Origin: Octopus vulgaris | Taxonomy: Eukaryota | Length of the DNA stretch: 64,000 nucleotides | NCBI GenBank assembly: GCA_951406725.2 | Contig: OX597814.1 | Span: forward strand, 121,272,001 to 121,336,000 | Direction of reading: 5' to 3' | In this document: piece after piece, positions 13,761 through 28,899 of the stretch | Layout of the letters: each line of letters opens with the position of its first letter | How positions within the stretch are numbered: the stretch's first letter is position 1 | Notes under the pieces: model-generated | The model's input: the letters and a program-made list of their open reading frames with translations, nothing else | What the model was told of the DNA's origin: nothing | Database searches by the model: none | Made by a program: the position numbers and the translations under genes

Positions 13761-15024
13761 AATAAATCTACCCGAGAACAAATCGAACAAATCTGCCCGA
13801 GGATTTATTTTTAGACCTATTCTATCGGTTTCTTTTGCAGAACCGCTAAGTTATGGGGACGTAAACACATCAACAGCGGTTGTCAAATTTTGCTGGATTT
13901 TGTAATTTAAATGACTTGCAAGATTTTGGATACGCCAAAATTGCGAAGGCTACAATCCTCTGTTCTTCAGTCATATGTATCAATAAATTTTGGTCAGTCT
14001 GTAAAACTCGTTCATAAATTACATAAAAAACAGTCTTGTGATATTCTCAAATAATTCTATACATAATTCTCCCTTAACTGTTGTAAAACATAATAGCGAG
14101 TAAATATTGAGTTAGAAAAACAATTTTATAGACGAATGCACTTTTTTTTTAATCAATTCTTACACGTTATTATTCGTAGTTTTATCTACTTCGAATTTAC
14201 CTGTTACAAAGAAAGCGTCTCTCGTTTTCTTGAAGTTTCTGAATTTTCAAAACATATTAAGAAAACATTTATTACAATTGCGTTTTCGACATAGTGTTAT
14301 TAAGTTAGACATGACCCGGGCCTATACTGGCTGAAACCTATCAAGGTTATCAAAGTAATATGATATGAGCAAATCCTCTCCGAAAATTTTCAAATATGCT
14401 GTGCCATATTTTTAAATACTGAAATGTTGATATAATGGTAACCAATCTTCAAAAACGTATTCACAGTACTACTATAAGTCGTATGATATTAAATAACTTG
14501 ACGCAGTAATTTTTCAATGTAATTCCTAGAAATGATTCGCAAATAAAACCCACCAAAGTTAAAGTTCATGACACTTTAGTGCTTTTTAAATGCATCGGTG
14601 CATTGATGATTTGTTGTTGTTTATAATATACATCGCAACCACTTAAATTTCATGTTTTTAAATAATTAAGGAAACATTTCTTCCAACTGCACAAACTTTC
14701 AGTACTGTTTAGAACTCATTTGAATATGAAAATACTTCTATAGTTGTAATTAATTAATATACGACTTTACTGAAGTATTGTATCCGTTTACGCATATAAG
14801 TTTACGTCATTTATTAACGATGCTTTTTTCTGTTGCCCTGTTCATCTGCCGCTTCTCAATGTTATATGACAAACTGGATTCTCTTCCCAACATTCAGAGC
14901 CACAGCCATAGAACAAATGAAAATGTAATGTAATATGAACTTGAAATATATTTGTTGATACTGGTGTGAGATTGAAGATAATATGGGCACGTTTGCCTTT
15001 TTAATGTTCCATGGAACAATTACT

Positions 15025-16137
15025 CCATTTTTCCCAAGATATTGTTTCAAATATAACCTATATTTTACTGAAGCTATTTCTACCAACCTATCAGACTATT
15101 TTATGCTTAGCAGAAACGCTTGATAATGCATCCCATTAACATGGGAAGTCAGATTAGTCAGAGTACGTATCGTTTACCACGCAAACCTAAGCAGAAATTT
15201 CAGGAAAATGGATATTTTCAAAAGAAACCTACAGAGAAATAAGCTTAGAATAGGACGTTGTTAGATCGACCTCAATTAAATTTAAGATGTAAGTGATATT
15301 TGTAAACTAAAATATATGTTATTAGTTTGCTCTGACGAATAACGCATGCATCGACATAATGAAAACGATTTAAGTAAAGAGTGCAAGAAACTTCTGGATG
15401 TATAGCAATAATAGAAATTATGAAGTTTTAAAGTAAGCATCCTACTGATTACCATGTTGATATATGAATTGGAACAGAAATCACAACTCCTGCGCGTACA
15501 TGCATACATATATGCATACATACATCATGTATCATACTCACATGTGTGCGTAGTATTTGCAAATAACTTGCAGATACAAGTACTCCCACTTGAAAGCTCC
15601 ACATACAGAATATTAGCAGATTACGAGGACATCAGAAGAGAATGCACGCCGTATTGCTTTGATGTGTTTCAATATTTCAGGTTTCACGTTTCAAGAAGTT
15701 TGTGTAACTTCGCCTGGGAAACAGCTTTTTAAGTGTAGTGAATCTGGCTCCTTAAAAATTATATTGATGCCTCTCGACGATATAGCGATACATCTGCGTC
15801 AGCAACTCAGCGTTGAATCTAACTTACTGACAAAGGACAAGGAAAATATGTTACACAAGGTAATATACCTATATGATATACCTATACTATAATATATTGT
15901 AAAATAATATGATATAATATATATAATATGACATTATATAATGTACACATGAAATATAATATATTCATATCTTCCCCAAGAATATACCAGAGATATTGCT
16001 TGGACTCAAACGATAGAGCGTGACGAACATCTCGATGGATGTGAAGAATAATACACAGGATGCAAAGGCGTGTCCCATCTTGCGTTATTGCATTCTGAAA
16101 TCAAGGATTGAATCACAATTGGTCAGCCAGCTCTAAG
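15025..16137 (+). repeat. Local segmental duplication copy 1 (paralog 17670-19985)
   Basis: Colinear similarity from ccatttttcccaagatattgtttca to cagccagctctaagt. Copy 2 additionally has an expanded (TACA)n and a mariner insertion, and it lacks about 15165-15317. Confidence 0.9.
15681..15859 (+). CDS. Candidate internal exon (phase 1 to phase 0), splice-compatible with 4848-5002
   Basis: tttcaatatttcag| acceptor and CACAAG|gtaata donor. Open frame FTFQEVCVTSPGKQLFKCSESGSLKIILMPLDDIAIHLRQQLSVESNLLTKDKENMLHK. The paralog at 18263-18437 is disrupted. Confidence 0.4.
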
Positions 16138-17669
16138 TAAGATATACTTTTACCCTTTAACATTCAAACTGCACATAAATGACCCAAATATTATACACAA
16201 AAAGCTTTAAGTTGGGCATTCATGAAGTACGTACCAAAACCTCACATTCAATGTAATACATATATTTACTTACGTAATTTTACTGCACTATATGTATATA
16301 TATAACAGATATTTGTGTGGGTATTCATAAATATGTGTGTCTGTCTGTCTACATATATGCATACGCGCGCACCTCTCTCTGTGGATGGTGTGCGTGTATG
16401 TGTGTGTGAGTATGCGTGTGTATGTGAATGCGCCTCTCTGTGTGTGAGTGAGTATGCGCGCGCACATAATTATATAGTATGATATCACGCATTCCTGTGT
16501 CTGAGATTTCATACCTGCATACGTTGCAATGGGTAGTTTCCTATAATTGAATATGTTTCGCTTTTATATTTCCAAATATTAAATATTCATAAATGGCTTA
16601 TCTAAGTAAAATAATCGTTTCATCATTAGTTGCAGACGATTCGAAATTGCATACAACAAAATGTTTTACTTTATTTATTTACTATTTAATCCTGAAAGAA
16701 GAAACTGAAGACATTGATAATCACTTCTTAATTTCAGTCCAGTCAGCATATATAGCTTGTGACATATATAGCTATGTATATATATAATACATGTTGCAGG
16801 AAATGACAAAATGCAATTGTAGCAAAGTTTATAGAATATATGCTTCATAATTTATTACTGCAGCGATTGTCGAAGAACAGAAGTTCTTGAGTAACGTATG
16901 ATTAATATTTAGAACAATACAGTCGGAGCTTCAGACCGGGCATTAAGAATTCTCTCTATATTCTTACGAAATTAAGTAATCTTATTTCGGTATTCATTAA
17001 ATGAAGCTGCTACTCTCTCTTTCAAGCATTTTAATATCCTGCTAAAATTTTTCTTTTTTAACACTGACTATTTGCAATGAGCACCTACTAATTCTGTTGA
17101 TCACTCATGCGAAGATAGTTTTCAAGGAGACATATAACTTAATAAAGTGTGGCAGCAAACAAACGAAACGTATTCCTTTTCCTTAAAAGATTCTTCGCAA
17201 GATTTAACAATGGAAAATTCATTCTTAGACACTGAGGGGCATTAAATATGCATTCTGAAAATTACATCATAATTTTGCGACAACTATTATACCGATTAAT
17301 CTCATGCTATGTATTCAGATGCCACAAATGAATATCAACATATATTCGTATTCGTGTTGAGTGAATTTGCAAAATAAATGAGTTTTCAGGAAAAACATGG
17401 CATGTCTTTGTAATAGTTTAGGTGTACGCTGCAGATTTGCATTGTCCTACATAATAAAATGTTATTTCAGATATGATTCCAGGAGTTCTATCAGTAAATC
17501 ATTGAGTTAGTAAACGAGTCATCTTCCATTTGGGCTAGTGATATTTCATCAATATCATGTTTAAGCACCGAGAGTCATCATACATAAAAAGCTATCTAAG
17601 TTTCCCCAGAGGAAAATGATTGTACCTTTTGTTACGTGAAACCTGAAGTATTTAAAGACAGCACAATCA

Positions 17670-19985
17670 TACCATTTTCCCAAGATATTGTTTCATATAT
17701 AATCTATAGTTTACTGAAGCTATTTCTATTAACGTATCAAACTTATTTATGTTTAGTAGAAACGCTTGATAATGCATCTCATTAACATGGGAAGTTAGAT
17801 TCGTCAGAGTGTTATTAGTTTTCTCTGACGAATAACGCATGCTTCTAAGTAATGAAAACGATTTAAGTAAAGAGTGCAAGAAACTTCTGGATGTATAGCA
17901 ATAATAGAAATTATAAAGTTTTTAAGTAAGCATCCTACTGTTTACCATGTTGAGATATGAATTGGAACGGATATTCACAACTCCTTCACGTATATACATA
18001 CGTACATACATACATACATACATACATACATACATACATACATACATACATACATACATACATACATACATACATACATACATACATACATACATACATA
18101 CATACATCATGTATCATACTCACATGTGTGTGTAGTATTTGAAAATAACTTGCAAATACAAGTACTACCACTTGAAAGCTCCACAAACAGGATATTAGCA
18201 TATTATGAGGACATCAGAAGAAAATGCGCGCCGTATTCCTTTGAAGTGTTTCAATATTTCAGGTTTCACGTTTCAAGAAGTTTAAGGGAAAAGGTAGATA
18301 GCTTTTTAAGCATAGTGAATCTCGCTCTCAAAAATTGTATTGATGACTCTCGACGATATAACGATATATCTGCTTCAGCAACTCTGCTTGGATTTACGTG
18401 GTAAACGATACGTACAAGAAAAAATATGTTACAGAACGTAATATACCTATATGATACACCTATACTACGAGGGGCGTTCAATAAGTAATGCCCCTAATCC
18501 ACTTCCCATAGCAGTAGAGCAACAAAACTTGGCACAGTTCTTAGTCTTTTTCTACATAGGAACAACCCAGAGTTACGCATTTCTCCCATTGTTTGATGCA
18601 GCTCTGGAGACTGTTTTCGTGACTTCAGAAATCAAGGCTGCATCATCTGGGAAAAGCTTTCTTTTCAAAAACATCTTCATGGCTGGGAAGAGGTGAAAGT
18701 CAGAGGGTGCAAGGTCAGGAAAGTAGGGGGGATGGGGAAGAGTTCATAGCCATACGCCTGTGCTTCTGATCTGGCGACAAGCGAGTTGTGGACCGGAGCG
18801 TTGTCCTGCAAGAGGAGGATGCCTTTGCTGATCTTGCCCCGCCTCTTGGTTTTGATAGCTTCTCTTAATTTCCTCAAAAGTGAAGCATGATAGGCTCCTG
18901 TAATTGTGGTACCCTTTGCCAGGAAATCTGTCATCACTACTCTGTCCTGGTCCCAGAAGACTGTGAGCATGACCTTGCCAGCGGATGGCTGCACCCTTGC
19001 TTTCTTTGGAGGAGGTAAGTCATGGTGCTTCCACTGCATTGACTGGGATTTGGTCTCTGGATCATAGTGATGGACTCAGGTCTCATCCTGTGTAATCAGT
19101 CTTTTGAAAAATTTTGACTCATCTTCTTGGCACATCTCCAAATTCATCCTCGTGCACTCGACGCGTTCTTGCTTCTGGAAAAGTGTGAGCAACCTGGGAA
19201 TTCATCTGGCAGACACCTTTTGCATATGCAAATGGTCATGAATGATAGTTTCCACAGACCCGGTACTAATCTTGACCTCATGGGCTATTTGGCGAATAGT
19301 TATGCGTTGATCTTTCAAAATAGCAGCCTCAACTTGACGGACAGATGCCTCATCAATGGCAGAAGGGGTGCGACCAGATCTGGGAGCTGTTTCCACAGAG
19401 TTCCGACCATGTTTGAATTCAGGATGCCAGCGTTTTACAAGGTCATATGATGGGGCATCATCACCATAAGTTACTTTCATTTCATCAAAAGTCTCCTGTG
19501 GTGTGCGTCATTTCAAATACAAAAACCGGATCACTGCTCGACACTCAACAGGCTCCATTTCCCACTTGAATCATTTCAAACACCTGTAAATCGGATACCA
19601 CAATTAGTTCGGAGCTGTAATTTGCCACTTGATCTATAGAGATATAAATAATTGCACATGCAAAATAAATTTCAGCTAGATCGAACAACGGCAAGTGGGT
19701 CAGAGGCATTACTTATTGAACGCCCCTCGTACAATATAATGTAAAATAATATGATATAATATAATATATATAATATGACATGATATAATGTACACATGAA
19801 ATATAATATATTCATATCTTCCCTAAGAATATACCAGAGATAGTGCATGGACTCGAACGATAGAGCGTGACGAACATCTTAATGGATGTGAAGAATAATA
19901 CACAGGATGCAAAGGCGTATCCTATCTTGCGTTATTGCATTCTGAAATCAAGGACTGGATCACAATTGGGCAGCCAGCGCTAAGT
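17670..19985 (+). repeat. Local segmental duplication copy 2, interrupted by a mariner
   Basis: Aligns with 15025-16137 on both sides of the mariner. Confidence 0.9.
18468..19729 (-). mobile_element. Full-length mariner (DD34D, irritans-like), inactive transposase
   Basis: TIRs cgaggggcgttcaataagtaatgcc / ggcattacttattgaacgcccctcg with a TA duplication on both sides. The transposase starts at the ATG at 19558: MEPVECRAVIRFLYLK*...VSAR*IPRLL...ITQDET*VHHY...LLQDNAPVH...PYFPDLAPSDFHLF. It has in-frame stops and a frameshift. Confidence 0.95.
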
Positions 19986-20195
19986 CACTAAGCATGTCTC
20001 TTAGTGGCTGACAATATTTAGATCTCTCATTATGAGCATGAGTAGTGGGGAAGTATCAAAGTCATTGTTTGAGAGGGATCCATAGGAGTTTGAATAAATG
20101 TAACAGAAATGTTTGAAGGAAATCTAAGCAATTTTTCGTACTTTCTAAGTGTATGCAAATAGGAAATAACATATGGTGCCCAAGGATATAAAGAG

Positions 20196-20232
<37 letters not shown>

Positions 20233-21299
20233 TCTTTTACTCTTTTACTTGGTTCTGTCATGTGACTGGGCATGCTGGAGTACCGCCTTTAGTCAAGGCT
20301 ACATTCCGACATAATCTTTACGTCTGTAATATTTGTGTTGCTACGTTTTTACGAAAACGATCCGGTTATTCTGTCTGAAAACTTCAACATAACGTTTTCA
20401 ATTCGATTTCCAAGCATTCAGTTTGGATTGAATAAATATATTGGGAAATTGTTAATATATATATGATGCGCGTGCATCCATTGAATAAACACTTTGGTTC
20501 AGCACGTGTAACTGCATAAGATGAGAAATTATTTTTGAATTTTGATATTTTAGAGGTGCAACAAAACTGATTTTCGCCATAATTTTAACACATTTTCATA
20601 AAATCACACTCCCAGAAGATGTATTACATAACTAGCAGTGTGACATAATAATTGTCCTCTCCTAACAAATTATGTTATTTTATATTCAAACGTTCAAAGG
20701 AATTTCTGATCTATATTTCCTTTCATCTCTTCAGGGTCGATGAATAAGTATAAATCTTGAATTGATGAAGGAGAAATTTACCGCATCATGCAATAAAAGA
20801 AATTTACAAACGCGGTTGCCCTCTGATATATTAAATCATGAGCATTGCAGGTTCTTTATGGTTTTCTAGAATCTGTAATTATTTTGATATCTTGATACAA
20901 TATTTAAAGAATATCAGTAACTATTTTTTTTAAATATTGTTTTTGAAACAGAATTTCACGAACCTTTTCCAAAGAATTTTATGTGTAAGCGTTTCCCACA
21001 GCAATTCAAATACACGTGTTCTGGGTTAATACCTATAGAGGAAATTGTTTATATTAATAGGTTATCATTCACTTTTCGTAGTCGAGCACTTTCATGTGCT
21101 TTTTTTGCTTTGTGTTTTTTTTACACATATTTTTTTTTATTTTGCAAGAAGGGAATATTTAGAAATGTCTGTTTGAGACAATTATGAAATATTCACCACA
21201 TTTAACATATCAAATAGTTGAAACTTTAATTTGCTGAATGCACACGGCTGGTTAGCTTTTTTCCTATTCCTCCGATGTAATTCTCGTTGCAGTGTAGGT

Positions 21300-22830
21300 A
21301 TGAGATATAGTGGATGAAATTTGTATCGCAATTCATGTTTGCATCTATCTTCAATTTTTTTGCATTCTCTTACTTCTTCCTTGTTCAATTATTTCATACG
21401 TCTTACAACGCGTGAGTCCACGGTGTGTTATCTGTGTTATTTCACTTTCTCATTTGAATGTTGCCTTTATTCAAAGTCTTTTTAACTTTGGTGGCTGCCT
21501 TCAACTCTTAATAATTTGTGATGCTTTAATTATTTGCCTGAGGTCTGATGATCTTATAACTGGAAGTTATCGTTCGGTCGATTGCAGGATGTTGTGTTTC
21601 AACATTTATGGGTGATAACAGAAGGTATACTTATATTTGTTTTTTTTTCCTCATCTTGTGGATTCTTCTCTATTAGACAGATTAGAGTTTCGTTTGCTAT
21701 GTTTGTGGCATTAACTTCTGTGAGTATTTTGTTTCTCAGTGAAAATATTTAGCTGTACTAATAATTTCTATCGTTTCGTTGTTTCTGTAACTATTGACCC
21801 TGTACGTTTTGCCATATTGAATGACATGTTCCTCTTATACGTGTGATGCATTGCAAGATAATATTGGTGTGTGTCAGTGACCTTCCAGAACTGATAGGTT
21901 ACAGCTGTCTCCTTTTCTTCAATTATCGATATTTTAAGGAAAGGATATATCCATTCAATCAATTCCAAAGTGAATTGGATTGTTTCATGAATGCTATTTA
22001 CTACTTGGGGGAATATTGTAAGACGCTCCTTAATTTCGTTCTAAAATCTGAGACATGCATGCAACAATATTGTTCCGTTTCTTATTAAATATCATTGGAA
22101 ATATTCATGAAAAGTAATTCCAGAGAGGATACTGATATATTCTTCGAGGAATCCGGACATCAGTGCCACTGTCTTCCTCATTGCCCTGCTTTGTATTCCT
22201 AGGTAGTTTTGTCTATTTAAAACGAAATAGTTGTTTTCTAGTACCATTATAATCTTTCAAGTTTTGGTGTGAATCTCTCTTGAATTCTTTGTGTGTATTT
22301 GTCTATCCAGAATTCCGCTGGCTGTAATCCTTATTGATAGGGATTACTTGTATAGAGGCTAGTTAAGTTGAATATAGCCAGGATCCTCTCTTTATCTACT
22401 CGTTTGGTCTTTTCTTTCATGTTGCTGTGCTTGATTCCATCTGTCTCAATTATTGAGGTTGAAACGCCTTCATCATTTCACCACTTGGCAACCATATGCT
22501 TTCTGTCCTGGCAAGCTTTCTTCATCTCACCACCATCGTAGCGCATTCTGAGAGTCCAAACTCCATCTTAATATCATTGGAGAAAATCTTTATAGACTGG
22601 ACTAGTGCTGCCTCGAATAGCAAGAGGTTCAGTTTTCCCTTACAACTTCCCTGATTTGTTTTCTGTAGCATTTCACTCAATGGAATCATACCCATCACGA
22701 TTGTCAGTGGGGTCACACTGTCCCGCTGGAAGATTTCTCTCTTGATTTCCACCTCTCTTAATACTTGCTTCCCTGCTGTCAATTCCATTCTCCAGCATTT
22801 CATGCTATTCTATATAAGGCTTCTCTTATT
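21300..22830 (-). mobile_element. Degenerate R4/Dong-like LINE RT fragments
   Basis: ORF 22522-22803 reads ...VEIKREIFQRDSVTPL...FSNDIKMEFGLSECA (GIFQGD and FS.DI.MEFG..KCA motifs). DGIKHSNMKEK follows downstream. The left boundary is uncertain. Confidence 0.65.
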
Positions 22831-22841
22831 TTCTACTACAA

Positions 22842-23178
<337 letters not shown>

Positions 23179-23179
23179 T

Positions 23180-23520
23180 TATTTGTTTCCTGGTTTGGTC
23201 TTATTCCTAGTATGAATTATGTGGATAACGGATTACTACCTGTAACCTTAGGTATCCACAAGTTTTCAGGAGTTTTCCAAGTGCTCTCCTCATAATCCTT
23301 GCTGACCCTAAGTGACAAAATCTCTGTAGGAGCTCTATCGAGCATTCTATTTCAATATCCGTCAGTAATTACTTTATAGCTTGACTTACTATACCCATCA
23401 CACCAATTGTTATAGGCACGATATTTAACGTACGCATGCTCCAAATTACTCCAATTTCCAATTTTCGAAGATTGCATTTTTTTCCCATTCTCTCTTTACG
23501 ATCCCGGAATCAAATAAGCA
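23180..23520 (-). mobile_element. 5'-truncated R4/Dong-like LINE 3' end
   Basis: The minus strand reads IWSMRTLNIVPITIGVMG (REL C-terminal motif) and runs into (TAC)n/(TAA)n. Confidence 0.55.
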
Positions 23521-23609
23521 TGATGGGTCGAAAAGTAAGCAACTTCGCTTTTACTTATTATTATTGTTGTTGTTGTTGTTGCTGTTATTATTACTATTAT
23601 TATTATTCA

Positions 23610-26600
23610 CTTTTAGTCTGCATGTTTGTCACTATTACTCCCCGATTCAAACCCAGTGTCCTAAGGCGAATGAAGAATAAGAAATGCTACAATATGACTG
23701 AAAGTTTGGGTAGGAGAATTGGCAGAAGCAGTAGCGAAATATTTTCACATAATACAACACATTTAAATTGATAGGGCTTTTCTAAGGATGTGGGCAGTAC
23801 TTGTCAGCGCAATCTTTTGGATTTCTCTGAGATATGGTTCTCTTGGTATATAATTAAAAGTTTCTTATCATACCTACCGTTCTCGCTTTAAGATGCCACA
23901 TCTTTTGTATTTCAGTTTCCAGGTCCTTATACTCTTTACTCTTTTACTCTTTTCACTTGTTTCAGGACTTATTCTTTGTAAGACTAGTACTTATTCAATC
24001 AGACATTTTTGCCGAACCGCTAAGTTACAGGGACGTAAACACACCAGCATCGGTTGTCAATATTTACTTAGTTTGCCAAATCCCTTTACAGATATACTTT
24101 GATCAGTCAGAACACTTACATCTTTTAGTCTACAAGTATTTTCTCCCCAGTCCTTAATGACTATGTCTGGTCGATTAGCCTGGATCTTTCTGTGGATGTT
24201 GACTGGAAAATCCCAGAGGATAGTGGCATTTTTATCTTCAAAGGCTGGCTCAGGATAACGTCCATACCAGTAAGCAGGAGAGTTGATTTATGGTGTTTAC
24301 ATATTTTCCAATGTAAATACTGTTCTACCCTATTGTGGCGATTTTGTATTCGTTTGGTGTCAGCACAAGGTATCTCGTGGCGAGATGGCCTGTTGTTTCA
24401 TCAAGTCTATCGCGGATTCTGCATTTAGGGTCGGAACCGTTCTGAAGAACGTTAGACTGGTAGTTTTTGGTAAGCAAGCGTTGATCTTGTGTCGCCAGCA
24501 TGAAACCGTCTGTCTCTGATTTCAGTCCTGAGCTTCTCAGCAACTGATAAGTGGTTGCTTAGTCTATATCAGCATTTCGGCTTCAAAGTATACATTGTTC
24601 ATGCAGGGGCTTCTGACTCCACCACTGTTCAATTTCACTCTACCAATTCTTCTTTGTAGTCTGTTTGATACGTTTTGATTTCTCCGTGGCATTGGTTTCA
24701 GATTCTCCATCTAATTCAGGGTTAATGCCAAGTTCCCTTGCGAATTTGTAAACATCCTTGACAATATTATGTGACATTTTGCTGCTCTCGTGTTTGCGCA
24801 CAAGCCCCAGTATCCAGTTCTCAGTACTAGATAAGTACTTTTTAATTATTATTGTGGAGGTCTTATAGTACAGTTCTACCTGCATCATTCTTGTTACCCA
24901 TTACGTCTATGGAGGTACAGAAGATCAGCGTCTGCTTTTGGGTGGTACCTGTTCTTAGATGTTAGTAGTTTTCTTGTCTTCCTTTCCAGGCGTTAGAGTT
25001 CTATAAGATTTCAGCTAATGATGTTAAAACCGTATTGGACTGCTGGAAGTGCCAGACTGTTAATGGATTCAATACGATTTTTGGAGTTGAGTTCGATCTT
25101 TAGTCAGTATGAAATTTGTAGTAGGGTATATGGTAAACTTTGACAGCTGCACCTTTTTCGCCATTATTATATTTTGAAAATCTTTATTTTTTGTTACAAG
25201 CTGACATATCTACTTTTTTTTTATTATATCTCATTTTGCGCTTCATAAAGTATTTATGAATCGTTTTTCCTATTTTTGATTAGATATAAATAAGTCGGAA
25301 ACACGTAGAGTTTTGAAATATGAGTTCTTTCTTGGAAATTCAGCATCACAAATTGCTCGGAATATTAATGGAGCATTCCATTCTAATGTTTATTACACAG
25401 TAGACAGTATCAAATTGGTTTGCAAAATTTCGTTGTGGTAACTTTGATCTCACAAATGAGCAGCGCGGTCGAGCAGAAACAATGGTGGATAATGACGAAC
25501 TGTAAACCACCGTCGAGTCAGATCAATCGCAAAGTTCCAGTGAATTATCTCTGTTGCTTGGTGTTAAACAGCAAACAATATTGACTCACCTACTTCAAAT
25601 CAGTAAAGTGAAAAAGTTGGATAAGTGGGTTCCACATGAACTCAACGAAAATCAGAAGCAGCAACGTTTGGAAGCCTGCATTATGCTACTTTCTCGGTAC
25701 AAAAATGAAGCAAATCATTTATTAATCGAATTGTAACATGTGATGAGAAATGGATACAATACAACAATCGTAAACGTTCAGCACAATGGTTGGACAAAAC
25801 GAGCCACCAAAGCACAGTTCAAAAAGCAAAATTCATCAAAAGAAGCTGATGATGTGTGTTTGATGGCCTGGTGCAGATATATTCCATTTTGATTTCATTA
25901 AACTTGGCTCATCAATCGTGACCGAAGTGTACTGCAGCCAACTGGAATAAATAACACAGAAATTTACAAAAAAAAACAGCCTAAATTAGGCAACAGATTT
26001 TATTGTTGTCTAATCTTATTTTATTGCAAGACAACGCCAGACCACACATCACAAAATTGACATCGGCGAAACTACAGGAGTTGGTGTTGGAATTTCTCCA
26101 TCATCTATCATACTCACATGATTTGCCCTTACTGACAACCACTTCTTCCAGAATTTGGATAACTTTTAGATAGGAAAAATATTTAATTCCAACATGGCTG
26201 TAAAACAGGTTTTCTAAGATTTTATTGACTCTAGATTGCCAGGCTTTTACAGTTCCGTGCTGGGCAAGATACCGTTGAAATGGCAAAAGTGTATTGACAA
26301 TATGGGCGCATACTTTGATGAATAAAACTATTTCCTGTAGTTATAAAACATTAGCAAACTTTTCTTTCTTTTCTACAAATTTCATATTTGATGACCTAAT
26401 ATAAGTCATATTCTTCTGTAATACTCCTTTCGCATTCTTTCCTTCATAGTAGCATGTTGAATACCACCATCGTTTATTCCCAGGTATTTATAGCTTTATT
26501 GTGGATCAATCTCCTTGATGGTAGTGTTGGTATCTAATTTAATTGACGCTGTTTGATTGAGCTTGCCTCTTAGAAAAGTTGCTTTAGCAGACTTATCAAT

Positions 26601-28850
26601 GCCAAAATCCACCCTGATGCCATTGCTGAACTCTTTAACAGTAGTTTAACAGCCCTACTAGCTTTTCGTCATTTCTAGCAGACAGCTTCTAAACGTCCAT
26701 ATATAACAGAGGGTTTACTATAATATTATACACTTTGAATCCATACCTGGTATTACTCAATTGCTTTGACATTGGGATCAGTGCCATGCAAAAGAGTAAT
26801 GAGAAGAGGGAGTTACCTTGAAAGATGCCTCGTTTGATGTTGGCTCATCCCATTATTATGGTTTAGAAGGAGACCTGTATTCCATCTTGGCCTTGCTACC
26901 GTGTAAGAACTTGGAGACGACAGGAGAAATCTCATATATCTCAAGTGCCTTGAGTAGCCAATCAAACGCTTTCCTGTGGTCTATCCATGCAATTCTCAGG
27001 TGCTTCTTGGTCCGACAATTCTCTACAATCATTTTATCTACGAATAATTGATCTTTGCACCTATAACGATTCCTTTTACAGCCTTTTTGAGCGTATGGAA
27101 GGATAGAGTGCTGTTGTAAGAAAGTGTATATTCTTTCAGTCAGTATTTAAGTGAGGATCTTCTGGGTGATGTTGAGACATGTTATTGGTCGGTAGTTCTT
27201 TGGATTTTTCGTGCCTTCAGTTTTTTAGTAGGATGTATGTTGTTCCTTCGGTCAGCTAGATGGGTATTTGCTCTGGAATTTGGATGACATCAGTTAGGAA
27301 TGCAGCAACATTTTGTTGCACTTCTGTCAAGCAATTCAACCAGAAGTTAGGGATCCGATCCAGTCCTGGTGTTCTCCATTTGTGAGGTTTTCTAAAGCTC
27401 CTCTTTGCTCTTCTACTCCTATTGCCTCCCATTTCTGCTCTTCGGCTTCATCAAGTCCCACTTTCTCACGTTCTTTCCTTTGAGCTTCAGCACTATATTC
27501 TTTTTTTACTTTTTGCTCCATATCTTCTTCCAGACCTCCTTTACTTCTATCTTGCTTTTGCCAATTACCCTTTAAAATTTATTTTTGCATCTGTCTTGAA
27601 TACCATGTTTTGTCATACCTCCTGTATTCGTTATTTCACTAGTACCTTGGTTGCAGGGAGGTTTATAAAATCATTGATTTTATATTTTTGATGCAAACCA
27701 AATCCAAAAACGAAATATTTTTGATGGAGTTTTCTAGCTTGTTTCGTTTTAAAATTTACTCCTCTGGCAAGTTCATCGAGAACTGATACATCCGCCCGCA
27801 GAAATTCGAGCTCTTTTTCTATTGCTACTTTCCACTTTGGAAGTCTATTAACATGGTTGTTCCTTTTCTGATCGTCTTGATACGTAATTGACCAGCAACA
27901 CTTTAGTAGTGAAATAGATGAGGTCATTTAAGCTTGCTAAGGCATTTGATTTATTTATTTATATCTAAGGGTAATATTATATATCATGAATATGTTGTTA
28001 CTTCCTATACACTTTAGAAGCGGTTATCTATTGATTATGTAAGTAAACTCAATCTTGCTAAGTTTTCTCATAATATCGGTTTTTGCTTCTATGATCTCCT
28101 CTTTATTATTCACCTGAAATTCTGTGCCATATCTATTCTGGTGCTCTTGAGGTCTACTTTCTTCTCTCTTTCCGCATATCTGTTCTTCGCTATTCTTTCT
28201 TCAGCTTCCTCTTTGGAATGTACTACCCGGACACTGGGTCTTTTGTGTCTGTTAACTATTTAATCAGCATTGTTGTTTCCATTAGGTCTACCATGAGATA
28301 TTTGTGTTCTAATTTGGCTAATTTCAGCGTCAGTTAATCTTCTTATTCTTAATGATGTCTCTACGCACATTACTTAATTTATTTACGTCTATATATCTCC
28401 GTACTTCGATGCATACTAAGTTTCTCCATAAATTGTATGTTTACACGGAGGCTATTGTTTGGGTTTAGATGGGCTGCTTAGAAAGCTTTCAACACATCTC
28501 TATAATCTTCTCTAGTCCAATTCATGTGTTTTGCTTCAGGTGATGTTTTTGGTGGTGTCTCTGCAGATCTAGGGTTAGGGTTACCTGGATCTAGTTACTT
28601 AGTTGTTTGTTTTCTTTTTTGTTGTTGTTTTTGAGAGTTCATTCCAGCAGCAGACTTTTCGACACATGTCTAGTTCTCCACTGGGTATTGCGGCCCTTGT
28701 CCCAGGCGATGACCGATGAGTTTTGGTCTTCTCGTTAAAGCATTGATGGTGACAATAGGAGACGGGTCTGATCAAAGTTGACTTTTTGATATGACACCGT
28801 TTCCTTGTTCTTCGAATGGATATGTTTATCATATACATTTATCATATCCA
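23610..28850 (-). mobile_element. Near full-length degenerate R4/Dong-like non-LTR retrotransposon (RT + CCHC + REL endonuclease), interrupted by a mariner and a SINE
   Basis: Minus-strand motifs in the expected order: KHMNWTREDY (N-terminal, about 28520), PKNYRPITCL, IAWIDHRKAFD, IFQGNSL, LLYMDV, KYLGI, KSETDGFMLATQDQ...DPKCR, ILWDFPV...ANRPDIVI, and EIQKIALTSTAHILRKALSI*. It ends at (TAA)n. Confidence 0.9.
25101..26401 (+). mobile_element. Degenerate full-length mariner nested in the R4/Dong-like LINE
   Basis: Imperfect TIRs (tatgaaatttgtag / ctacaaatttcata). Motifs KLDKWVPHEL, IVTCDEKW and LLQDNARPH. The LINE frame (KEYYRRI...LKIELNSKN) rejoins across the insertion. Confidence 0.9.
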
Positions 28851-28857
28851 TTTAGGC

Positions 28858-28899
<42 letters not shown>

